Made by a program: the position numbers and the translations under genes. Shown piece by piece: positions 18,785-26,834 of a stretch of DNA of 64,000 bases (positions are counted from its first letter, which is position 1; each line of letters starts with the position of its first letter). The stretch is taken from the NCBI GenBank assembly GCA_937900255.1, contig CALCDZ010000004.1, forward strand, positions 100,413 through 164,412, read 5' to 3'. The notes under the pieces were generated by a model. The model did not search any database and was not told where the DNA came from. It saw nothing but the letters and a program-made list of their open reading frames with translations. This DNA is from an uncultured bacterium. GTDB taxonomy: Bacteria > Patescibacteriota > Patescibacteriia > SG8-24 > DYFX01.

Positions 18785-19999
18785 ATGAAAAAACTTCCCG
18801 CCGACATCCTGAAGGATTTCCCTTCGCTCCATGCCATGGGCATGCGGGCCTACTTGGATTCGGCCGCTTCCTCGTTGACGCCGACGCCGGTCCTCGAGGC
18901 GATGGACGGCTACTATAAGGAATGCCGCTCCAACGTGCATCGCGGCATGTACAAGACGGCGGGGGAGGCGACGGCGCGCTACGAGGCGGCGCGTGGGGTC
19001 GTCGCCGGGTTCCTGAACGCTTCTTCGCCGGAAGAGGTCGTCTTCACTTCCGGCACGACCGCGAGCCTCAATCTGCTGGCGGCGTCGCTCGGACGGGAGC
19101 TGAAGCCTGGAGATGAGGTGGTGCTGACCGAGATGGAGCATCATGCCGACGTGGTTCCCTGGCAGGAAGCCGCCAAGCGTCACGGCTTCACGCTGAAATT
19201 CATCCCGCTCACGGAGGGGTTCACGCTCGACATGGATGCCGCCCGGGCCCTGATCGGCCCGAAGACCAGGATCGTCTCGGTGGCGCACGCATCGAACGCG
19301 CTCGGCACGGTCAATCCGGTGAAGGAGCTCGCCTCGCTCGCGCATGCGGTCGGTGCGAAGCTGATCGTCGACGCCGCGCAGTCCGTCCCGCATATGAAGG
19401 TCGATGTCCGCACGCTCGACTGCGATTTCCTTGCGTTCTCGGCGCACAAGATGCTCGGGCCGACCGGCGTCGGCGTCCTCTGGGGCAGGAAAGGCCTGCT
19501 CGAGGCGATGGAGCCGACCCAGTACGGCGGCGACATGATCCGCGAAGTGAGACCGGAAGCCTCGACATGGAACGACGCGCCTTGGAAGTTCGAAGCCGGG
19601 ACGCCGAACGTCGCCGGCGTGATCGGTCTCGGCGCGGCGGTCGGTTATCTGCAAGCCATCGGCATGGAGCGCATCGAAGCGCATGATCGCGCGCTCGCGG
19701 CCTACGCGATCGGGAAGCTCTCGGAGATTCCGGGGCTGGAGATCGTCGGCCCGAAAGCGGGGGAGCGCATCGGCGCGATCTCCTTCACGGTGGAAGGCGC
19801 GCATCCGCATGACCTGGCGACCCTGCTCGACCGCGAAGGCGTCGCCGTCCGCGGCGGACACCACTGCGCCATGCCGCTCATGGCCCGGCTGGGGCTCTCC
19901 GGCACGACACGCGCCAGCTTCTACCTTTATAATGACGAGAGCGATGCCGATGCGCTCATCGACGCCATCCTCAAGGCCAAAACGGTCCTCAAGCTATGA
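18785..19999 (+). CDS. sufS: Cysteine desulfurase SufS
   Basis: Start MKKLPAD; YLDSAA, DAAQS, FSAHKMLGPTG (PLP Lys), RGGHHCA. Confidence 0.96.
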   Translation: MKKLPADILKDFPSLHAMGMRAYLDSAASSLTPTPVLEAMDGYYKECRSNVHRGMYKTAGEATARYEAARGVVAGFLNASSPEEVVFTSGTTASLNLLAASLGRELKPGDEVVLTEMEHHADVVPWQEAAKRHGFTLKFIPLTEGFTLDMDAARALIGPKTRIVSVAHASNALGTVNPVKELASLAHAVGAKLIVDAAQSVPHMKVDVRTLDCDFLAFSAHKMLGPTGVGVLWGRKGLLEAMEPTQYGGDMIREVRPEASTWNDAPWKFEAGTPNVAGVIGLGAAVGYLQAIGMERIEAHDRALAAYAIGKLSEIPGLEIVGPKAGERIGAISFTVEGAHPHDLATLLDREGVAVRGGHHCAMPLMARLGLSGTTRASFYLYNDESDADALIDAILKAKTVLKL

Positions 20000-20370
20000 A
20001 TGACGAGCTCTACCAGGAAAACATCCTCGACCACAACAAGAACCCGCGCAATGCGGGCCGGATCGAAGGCGCCTCGAGGCAGGCGAAGGAGCTCAACCCT
20101 TCGTGCGGCGACGCGATCGAGCTGTTCCTCAAGCTGGACGGCTGCGACCGCGTGCAGGACGTGAAGTTCGACGGCCACGGCTGCGCCATCAGCCAGGCCT
20201 CCGTCTCGATGCTGACGGAACGCCTCAAGGGCCGACCGCTCGCCGAGGTGATGGCTATCGACGAGAAGGATATCCTCGGGCTGCTCGGCATCGACGTCGG
20301 GCCGATGCGGATGAAATGCGCCATGCTCTCGCTGCGCACCCTTAAGTCCGCGCTCGCCTGCAAGAAATGA
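19996..20370 (+). CDS. sufU: SufU/NifU-like sulfur-transfer or scaffold protein
   Basis: LYQENILDH, NPSCGD, GCAISQAS, RMKCA. Confidence 0.92.
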   Translation: MNDELYQENILDHNKNPRNAGRIEGASRQAKELNPSCGDAIELFLKLDGCDRVQDVKFDGHGCAISQASVSMLTERLKGRPLAEVMAIDEKDILGLLGIDVGPMRMKCAMLSLRTLKSALACKK

Positions 20371-21107
20371 GTATGCCATCCCTCAAGATCGATGACCTGC
20401 ACGTGAAGCGCGGCGGCAAGGAAATCATCAAAGGCGTCTCTTTGGAAATCAGGAAGGGCGAAGTCCACGCCCTGATGGGCCCGAACGGTTCGGGCAAGTC
20501 GACGTTCGCCAACGCCCTGGCCGGACATCCGGGCTGCGAGATCGCGGAAGGCCGCATCCTCCTCGACGAAGCGGACATCACCAGTGCCGCGCCGCACGAG
20601 CGCGCCAAGGCGGGGCTCTTCCTTTCGATGCAATCGACGCCGGAGATCGCTGGGGTGACGCTTTCGAGCTTCCTGCGCACGGCCTTCAACGCCGTGAAGC
20701 AGCCGCCGCTCTCGGTGCTGGAATTCCATGCCCTGCTCCAGGCGCGGATGGAGGACCTCAAGATCGACCCGCTCTTCGCCCGCCGCCATCTGAACGTCGG
20801 CTTCTCCGGCGGCGAGAAGAAGCGCGCCGAAGTCCTCCAGCTTTCGGTGCTCTCGCCCTCTTACGCCGTGCTCGACGAGACCGACTCGGGGTTGGACGTC
20901 GACGCGCTCAAGATCGTGACCGATGGCTTGGCGCGCCTGCGCGGAGCGGACATCGGCATCCTGGTCATCAGCCATAACCCGAAGATGCTCGAAGCGCTCG
21001 CGCCCGACCGCGTGCACGTCATGAAGGGCGGCGCCATCGTCGCCGAGGGCGGCAGGGAGTTGGCCGACCGGATCGGCAGGGAAGGCTATGACGCCATGAG
21101 CGGCTGA
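20367..21107 (+). CDS. sufC: Fe-S cluster assembly ATPase SufC
   Basis: MGPNGSGKST, GFSGGEKKR, LDETDSGLDVDA. Confidence 0.96.
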   Translation: MSMPSLKIDDLHVKRGGKEIIKGVSLEIRKGEVHALMGPNGSGKSTFANALAGHPGCEIAEGRILLDEADITSAAPHERAKAGLFLSMQSTPEIAGVTLSSFLRTAFNAVKQPPLSVLEFHALLQARMEDLKIDPLFARRHLNVGFSGGEKKRAEVLQLSVLSPSYAVLDETDSGLDVDALKIVTDGLARLRGADIGILVISHNPKMLEALAPDRVHVMKGGAIVAEGGRELADRIGREGYDAMSG

Positions 21108-21109
21108 AT

Positions 21110-21400
21110 ATGACGATGAAAGAAAAGATCACGGAAGTCTTCAAGCATCAGATCGATCCGGAACTCGGCATCGACATCTGGACGCTCGGGCTGATCTACG
21201 GCTTCGACCTTTCGGAGGACGAGGAGATCCTGCATGTGCGCATGACGTTCACGACGCCGCTGTGCCCGTTCGGTCCTCAGCTGATCGGAGAGCTCAAGCA
21301 GGCTCTGCTGATGCTCGGCCTTCGCGTGGTCGACATCGAGGTCACTTTCGACCCGCCCTGGACGCCGACCGAGGAGCTCCGTTCCATGCTGGGCGTATGA
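21110..21400 (+). CDS. sufT: DUF59/SufT metal-sulfur cluster assembly factor
   Basis: DPELGIDI..LGLIY, TFTTPLCP, FDPPW. Confidence 0.9.
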   Translation: MTMKEKITEVFKHQIDPELGIDIWTLGLIYGFDLSEDEEILHVRMTFTTPLCPFGPQLIGELKQALLMLGLRVVDIEVTFDPPWTPTEELRSMLGV

Positions 21401-21462
21401 CGCTCGATATTGCTTCGGCGCAGGCTCAGGGCTATCATGGGTCGTGAAACGAATCTTCCTCA

Positions 21463-22032
21463 ATGACGATACGGCTCGCGCGACTGCGTGACGCGCTCAA
21501 GGAAACTTTTTCGGACCCGAAAGGATGGGCGGCCGCCGTGTCCGGCTCGCTTTTCGTGATCCTGCTCGCGATGCTGCTGCCGAGCTCGCATCTCCTGAAG
21601 TTCGTCCTGGGCGAGCGGCAGTTCAGCGCCTGGCTCAAGCTCATGACCGCCTTCCAGGTGTTCTGGAACGGGCGCATCGTATTCGTCCATGAAGGCGGCT
21701 GGTTGACCTTGGTGATGGCTGGGCTCTTCGGCTTGAACGCGGCGATGATCGCTCACTATATGCGTCGGCAGGTACGCCTCAACCGCACGGCGGGGGCGAG
21801 CGCCGTCGGCGTGCTGATCGGCCTGCTCGGCGTCGGTTGCGCCTCGTGCGGCTCGGTCTTCCTCTCGAGCCTCCTGGGCGTCGGAGCCACGGTCGGCGCC
21901 CTCAGCTGGCTGCCGCTGCACGGCCAGGAATTCACGTGGATCGGCATCGCGATCGTCCTGGCTTCGATATCAGCCATCGCGAGGAAGATCGTCGAGCCTG
22001 CGTCGTGCGCGCTGCCGTCCAGGAGCCGCTGA
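21463..22032 (+). CDS. Membrane protein with intramembrane CxxC
   Basis: Hydrophobic helices, GVGCASCG motif, C-terminal Cys. Confidence 0.75.
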   Translation: MTIRLARLRDALKETFSDPKGWAAAVSGSLFVILLAMLLPSSHLLKFVLGERQFSAWLKLMTAFQVFWNGRIVFVHEGGWLTLVMAGLFGLNAAMIAHYMRRQVRLNRTAGASAVGVLIGLLGVGCASCGSVFLSSLLGVGATVGALSWLPLHGQEFTWIGIAIVLASISAIARKIVEPASCALPSRSR

Positions 22033-22034
22033 AT

Positions 22035-23207
22035 ATGGCCGCATTCGACGCGCTCGGTACCTATTCCGTCCAAGTGGTCTCGCTGCCCGAAGAGCTCGAT
22101 CGGGAGGCGCGGCTGCCGTTCGAATTGCGGTTCCTTTTCAAGAACGATCCGGCCAGCAAGGCGAAGGTCTCGTCGCTGCTCTCCTCCGGCAAGGCGATCG
22201 GCGTGCGGACGATCGAGCGCGCTCCGGACCGCCTGCTTTCCGCGATCCATCGCGTCAGCGTGCTCTCGCAGCATCATTGCGTGCTGACCTGGCTGCCGGA
22301 ACTCCTGCGCGAGAAGCATCTGCCGACGATCGCCGAAGCCGACCGGGCCGCCGCCCGCGCGGAAGGGCACGACCTTGATGCCGACCTGCGCGAGATCCTC
22401 GATGCCCGTTTGACCTTCAAGCGGCTGGTGCTGGTCGACGAGGACAATCTCGGCATCGGGAGCGAGGAGCGCCGCCTGATGACCGAGCTTTCCGAGACGC
22501 TCTACCCGCTTTCCATCGACCACATCGTCCACCGCCTCCTCATCGACAATGCCGACCAGCGCACCGAAATCGCCCAAGGCATCCTGAAAGCGCTTCTCGT
22601 GATCGGCCCGATCGCGCACGTGCTCGAGAAATGGGCGAGCGGCGTCGGCAAGATCTTCGCGGCTTCGACCGACGATCTCCTGGGCGAGACGGCGGAACTC
22701 ATGGCGCTGCGCGGCTCGGGTTTCTCCTGGAAGACGCTCAGCAAGCGGTTCCTCGTGCTCGTGCCGGTCTTCGGCTTGGCGACGTACGGCGCTTTCCATG
22801 TCGACGCCGTGCTTGCTCGCGGGTGGACGCTCGCTGCCGGAGCGCTGTTCGGGCTCTCGGCCGTGGCGCTCTCGCTCACGACGGCCATCCAAAGCATCGG
22901 CCTGTACCGGGCATCCGTACGCGCGCTGAAGCGGGAGGGGAAGCTGCATGCGCATGGCGGCCGATCGGAGCTCGCGGAGGCGATCCGGCAGGACTTCACC
23001 AATCCAGCGCGTCTCGGCCTGTTGCTCGGTTCCGTGCTGGCGCCTTTCACCGGCATGCTGGCGGCCGTCTTCGGAGGGCTGCACAACGGCTGGGTCCTGG
23101 CGCTCGTCGGTTCGACCGAAAGCATCGCCGCCGGCCTCACCGTCGTCTTCTCGAACCGCATCAGCGACTGGAAGTTCAAGCGCAGGCTCGAACGGAGTTT
23201 GCGGTGA
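22035..23207 (+). CDS. Hypothetical protein with C-terminal multi-TM domain (390 aa)
   Basis: Start MAAFDAL, 2 nt after the upstream stop; soluble N-half and hydrophobic C-half. Confidence 0.7.
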   Translation: MAAFDALGTYSVQVVSLPEELDREARLPFELRFLFKNDPASKAKVSSLLSSGKAIGVRTIERAPDRLLSAIHRVSVLSQHHCVLTWLPELLREKHLPTIAEADRAAARAEGHDLDADLREILDARLTFKRLVLVDEDNLGIGSEERRLMTELSETLYPLSIDHIVHRLLIDNADQRTEIAQGILKALLVIGPIAHVLEKWASGVGKIFAASTDDLLGETAELMALRGSGFSWKTLSKRFLVLVPVFGLATYGAFHVDAVLARGWTLAAGALFGLSAVALSLTTAIQSIGLYRASVRALKREGKLHAHGGRSELAEAIRQDFTNPARLGLLLGSVLAPFTGMLAAVFGGLHNGWVLALVGSTESIAAGLTVVFSNRISDWKFKRRLERSLR

Positions 23208-23216
23208 CGCGTGGCG

Positions 23217-23846
23217 TCACGCGCGGCGTTCCGGCCACTCCAGCAGTTCGGCCGCGCGGACTTCGATCGGGTCGCAGCGGCGAAGGGAACTGATCTGCCC
23301 GCGGTTCATGATCGGGAAGTGTTTCGCCTGGATCAGGTATTCCGGCACGTACCAGACGTCCTGCTCGTCCGTCAGCCACCCGCGCCGGTCGAAGCGTGAA
23401 AGATCGATCGCTCCCGAGTAGGAACGCAGGCTTTTCCTGTCGCTCTTGAGCGGCGTGTATTCGTGGAAATAGGACATCACCAGTTCGCGGATGGTGCGGT
23501 AGACCGGCTCGCGGTAGCGCAGCGAAAAATGGTTGGTCTTGGAGACGGCACCCCAGCAGCCATGCCGGCGGAAGAGGGCGATGACGTGGTCGTCATCCCA
23601 GATGGCCGCTTCCAGGTCGAGGATCAAGGGACGCTCGCCGTGGAAACGGAAGATCGCGGCGGCCAGCATCGCGCCTTCGATGCAGTGGGCGCGCCGCTCG
23701 CGCAGCACGCGGCGAGGGGAGAGGCAGGTGTCGCCGTCCGGCTCGCGGTTGATCGGGATGGCGTTCAGGAAATCCTGCACCTTGGACGGCGTGTCCAGGC
23801 GCATGAAAAGCGTCCGTTCCGTTCTCGTCAGTTCAGGGAAGCGCAT
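23217..23846 (-). CDS. Hypothetical protein with transglutaminase-like Cys/His motifs
   Basis: AHCIEGA and DDDHVIALF. Confidence 0.75.
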   Translation of the reverse strand: MRFPELTRTERTLFMRLDTPSKVQDFLNAIPINREPDGDTCLSPRRVLRERRAHCIEGAMLAAAIFRFHGERPLILDLEAAIWDDDHVIALFRRHGCWGAVSKTNHFSLRYREPVYRTIRELVMSYFHEYTPLKSDRKSLRSYSGAIDLSRFDRRGWLTDEQDVWYVPEYLIQAKHFPIMNRGQISSLRRCDPIEVRAAELLEWPERRA

Positions 23847-23870
23847 GTCCTGGCGGGTGATCGGCGAGCT

Positions 23871-24104
23871 TCATGCGGATTTCAGGACGGCGATGACGGC
23901 GATCGTCAGCCAGGCGGCGTTCAGGAGCGCGGGCTGGTAGGCCCGCTTCTTCAGGGAGACGATGATGATGCCGAACGCGCCGGTGATGTTCAGCATCTGG
24001 TAGGCAGCGTCGGCCGGATGCAGCCAGCCGAAGCTCGACAGCGCGTAGGCGGCGACGATGGCGGCGGCTCCGTACCATCCGAGCGCTTCGATCAGGGTAT
24101 GCAT
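23871..24104 (-). CDS. Small 3-TM membrane protein (CBU_0592-like)
   Basis: GWYG..AYAL..YQMLN..G..LN..W pattern. Confidence 0.75.
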   Translation of the reverse strand: MHTLIEALGWYGAAAIVAAYALSSFGWLHPADAAYQMLNITGAFGIIIVSLKKRAYQPALLNAAWLTIAVIAVLKSA

Positions 24105-24163
24105 GGGGTGCGTGATTTCACGGACGATCATACCACGCGCCGCCGATTTTTTCATCCGGCGCA

Positions 24164-24192
24164 TTGACATTTTCCGCCGCCCGTGCTATCCT
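24164..24192 (+). promoter_or_regulatory. Sigma70 promoter of the cold-shock gene
   Basis: TTGACA-N17-TATCCT with extended TG. Confidence 0.75.
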
Positions 24193-24281
24193 GTACCTGC
24201 AAACACAAAGCTCTCGGCGAAGGCTTCGGCCCCCGCCTCCAAGCCGCAATTTGCGGATTATTCACGCTCACGCACGAACGT

Positions 24282-24479
24282 ATGAACGGCATCATCAAGC
24301 GCTTGACCGATCGCGGGTTCGGCTTCATCACCCCGGAAGACAACTCCAAGGACGTCTTCTTCCACTCCGAGGCCCTCGTCGACGTCGCTTTCGACTCGCT
24401 GAAGGTCGACCAGAAGGTCACCTTCGAGGTCGAGGATTCCGAAAAGGGTCCCCGCGCCGTCAACGTCCGCCTCGCCTAA
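24282..24479 (+). CDS. Cold-shock protein (Csp family)
   Basis: RGFGFI (RNP1), DVFFH (RNP2), KGPRAVNV. Confidence 0.95.
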   Translation: MNGIIKRLTDRGFGFITPEDNSKDVFFHSEALVDVAFDSLKVDQKVTFEVEDSEKGPRAVNVRLA

Positions 24480-24495
24480 CGGCGAGCGGCGACGG

Positions 24496-24522
24496 AAAAA
24501 GCCCGCCTACGGCGGGTTTTTT
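24496..24522 (+). terminator. Intrinsic terminator
   Basis: AAAAAGCCCGCC-TAC-GGCGGGTTTTTT. Confidence 0.85.
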
Positions 24523-24607
24523 CGTATCTTGCGTATCCGCGCGTCCTTGGAGGCCGCGGCGGGATGCGTTAAGATGGAAGCGATCCTAACGACCGACGCC
24601 GCCCATC

Positions 24608-25549
24608 ATGTCGACCAAGCGATGTCCGCACATCGGGCTCGCCGCGGCTTTCTTCGCGGTCCTGCTCTCCGTTTCCGGAGGCCGCAGCGCGATCGCCGCC
24701 GTGCCTTCCGCGACTTCTACGCCCTCGAGTCCGAGCGACGCGCTCTGCCCATCCGGCGCGCGGTACGATTTTCCGACCAAGCGCTGCAAGTGCACGGCCG
24801 GTTTCATCACGGTCGATGCCCGATGCCTGCCGGGCGCGACCGGCTGCATCAGCGAACACGGTCCCTATTCCCGCTACGACGACGCGAAGCAGGCCTGCAC
24901 CTGCCTGCCTGGCTACGCCTGGAACGCCAAGAAGACCGAGTGCATCGATCGGACCATCGCGTGCCGCGCCCAGCTCGGGGAGGACGCCTATTACGACATC
25001 CCGGCCTCCTCCTGCGTCTGCGGAGCGGGGTCCGTTTACGACACCGTCCTGCTGCGGTGCGTCACCGGGACGCTCTGGTGCGTCTCACGTTATGGCAGCC
25101 TCGCGACGTACGATGCGCTCATGCGCCAATGCGCCTGCATGCCGGGGCATCTCTTCGACCCTTCGAGGAACGGCTGCGTCGAGGACCTGCCGGTCCCGCC
25201 TTCGACCGACGCGGACGCCCAACCGGCGACCGGCACGGCTGACCTTCCCGACTCGCCGCCTCGACCGGAGAAGCAGGTGACGCCCATCTGTCCGCCCGGC
25301 ACGGCGCTCGGACTGGGCAAGAAGCGCTGCATCGCGATTCCCGAGCATTCGCACGCCGCGATCGGCAGCAAGACCGAGCTTTGGCGATGCGATGACGGGT
25401 ATGAGGAATCGGGCGAGGCCTGTCTTCTTCAGGCGTCGACATCCGTGCCGGAGACCCCTCCGGTTCCCGTCGCGCCGTCCATTCCGTCACGACAGGAAAA
25501 GAAGACCTGGTTCCAGGCCTTGGTCGGATGGTTCAAGGCGCTCTTTTGA
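24608..25549 (+). CDS. Secreted Cys-rich protein with EGF-like CxC..GY repeats
   Basis: Signal peptide; CKCTAGF, CTCLPGY, CVCGAGS, CACMPGH. Confidence 0.8.
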   Translation: MSTKRCPHIGLAAAFFAVLLSVSGGRSAIAAVPSATSTPSSPSDALCPSGARYDFPTKRCKCTAGFITVDARCLPGATGCISEHGPYSRYDDAKQACTCLPGYAWNAKKTECIDRTIACRAQLGEDAYYDIPASSCVCGAGSVYDTVLLRCVTGTLWCVSRYGSLATYDALMRQCACMPGHLFDPSRNGCVEDLPVPPSTDADAQPATGTADLPDSPPRPEKQVTPICPPGTALGLGKKRCIAIPEHSHAAIGSKTELWRCDDGYEESGEACLLQASTSVPETPPVPVAPSIPSRQEKKTWFQALVGWFKALF

Positions 25550-25649
25550 AGCGTGCCTGGGTAGCGCGGGGGCTTGAAAAAACTTCGGAATCGTGCTTTG
25601 ATAGAAGCATCAAACGAGTCCGCGTTCGCGGACTCAAAAGGAGGACGTC

Positions 25650-25919
25650 ATGCGTGACCAGTGTCCCGTCCTTTCTTCGGAACAAGTCCAGATGTTCGCG
25701 GCGATCGGTCCGGATGAAGGCTCTCCGGGGGAGCGGGCGCGGGAACGGCATCGCTGCGCTCTCGTCAGGATCGGCGTCATGGAGCGTCGCGGTCAGGAGA
25801 TCCCGCCTTGCTTGCGGCGCTGCCGTGCGGAGGCAGCAGAGCTCCTTACCCCGTTCGAGGTGGACGTCACCTCGCTGGAAGCCGAGGCTGTCCTGGCCAA
25901 CCCGGACTTCTGGCGCTGA
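25650..25919 (+). CDS. Hypothetical protein (89 aa)
   Basis: AAGGAGG SD; TTGAAA..TGATAGAAG promoter-like sequence upstream. Confidence 0.5.
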   Translation: MRDQCPVLSSEQVQMFAAIGPDEGSPGERARERHRCALVRIGVMERRGQEIPPCLRRCRAEAAELLTPFEVDVTSLEAEAVLANPDFWR

Positions 25920-26094
25920 AAATCGCGCCGTGACGGCCGGCATCCATAGGAACGCGTATCCACGCGTTCCTTCTCATTTTCATCGACGGATCCGACCGCC
26001 CGGGCGAAGGCCGTGCCATGCCGTCTTCCTCACGGGATTTGACCGCCTTCCGTGGAGGGGTCATCATGTGAACATGATTCATCGGTAAACCGAT

Positions 26095-26274
26095 ATGAAG
26101 AAAATCTCGCTGATGGCGTTCGCGGTCCTGCTCGGCCTCTCCGTCTTCAGCCAAGCCGCGGAAGCCAGGGGGCGGTTCGGCAGCCATCACGTCGGCGGAT
26201 ACACGAGCCACGGCAAGGGGAGCCACTACGTCGGCGGCTACGTGAGGACGTGCCACGGCTGGGCGTGCAGGTAG
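26095..26274 (+). CDS. Secreted 59-aa Gly/His-rich peptide (not in ORF track)
   Basis: MKKISLMAFAVLLGLSVFSQAAEA signal peptide followed by RGRFGSHHVGGYTSHGKGSHYVGGYVRTCHGWACR. Confidence 0.75.
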   Translation: MKKISLMAFAVLLGLSVFSQAAEARGRFGSHHVGGYTSHGKGSHYVGGYVRTCHGWACR

Positions 26275-26291
26275 ACGGGGATCGTACGGCC

Positions 26292-26576
26292 ATGCGTCGC
26301 GAACAGGCTTCAAGATTGCTCAAGGAACTGCGGCGAGGAATCGAGGCGTTGCGTGACGGCCAGTTGGACGTGGCCGATCAAGTGGCCTACGCCTTGTCCG
26401 GCCTCCTCGAGGGTACGGGCTCCGATGATGACGACCTTCTTGCCCATGAAGCCGTGGAAGAATACCTGACGTGCCTTGCCCGCGACCCTCGCGACTGGGA
26501 ACGCCCCGCCTCGTACTTCAACGCCCTCGTGCATCACCTATCCACGTCAAGGACCGACCAGGAATCCAGTGAATAG
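26292..26576 (+). CDS. Hypothetical acidic helical protein (94 aa)
   Basis: C-terminal part of track ORF 26052..26576 from MRREQAS; ends at a terminator. Confidence 0.55.
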   Translation: MRREQASRLLKELRRGIEALRDGQLDVADQVAYALSGLLEGTGSDDDDLLAHEAVEEYLTCLARDPRDWERPASYFNALVHHLSTSRTDQESSE

Positions 26577-26604
26577 AAAAAAGCCCATATAAATGGGCTT
26601 TTTT
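26577..26604. terminator. Bidirectional terminator, likely the original ssrA terminator
   Basis: AAAAAAGCCCAT-ATAA-ATGGGCTTTTTT, 1 nt from the displaced ssrA 3' fragment. Confidence 0.85.
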
Positions 26605-26796
26605 CTGGTGGAGATGCCGCCGGAAAGTTGGAACTCCCTCCTGGACTATGTGAGGAAGTGGTATCTGGTCATCAAATCCCTAGATCCAAGACGCGTCAGG
26701 GCTCGTCAGCGGCCTTCCATGGGGCGGGAGTCGTGCGCTGCTCCAAGCCATCCTTCAGGAAGGCCAGAAATACCTTCGGAAATGCCCATTTTTTAG
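26605..26796 (+). other. Candidate separated C-terminal fragment of the serine recombinase
   Basis: LVEM-PPESWNSLLDYVRKWYLVIKSL..PIF* reads through the att core in the same frame as LVEM of ORF 35700..37427. Confidence 0.75.
26606..26616. repeat. att core, distal copy (displaced ssrA 3' end)
   Basis: TGGTGGAGATG is the reverse complement of CATCTCCACCA. Confidence 0.88.
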
Positions 26797-26834
26797 GGCT
26801 TGCCGTTCTTGCTGGACTGTACGATAATCTGGCC

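Noticed and set aside
26593-26796. Independent 67-aa gene
   Set aside because: Its ATG lies inside the terminator stem outside the element; better explained as the separated recombinase C-terminus.
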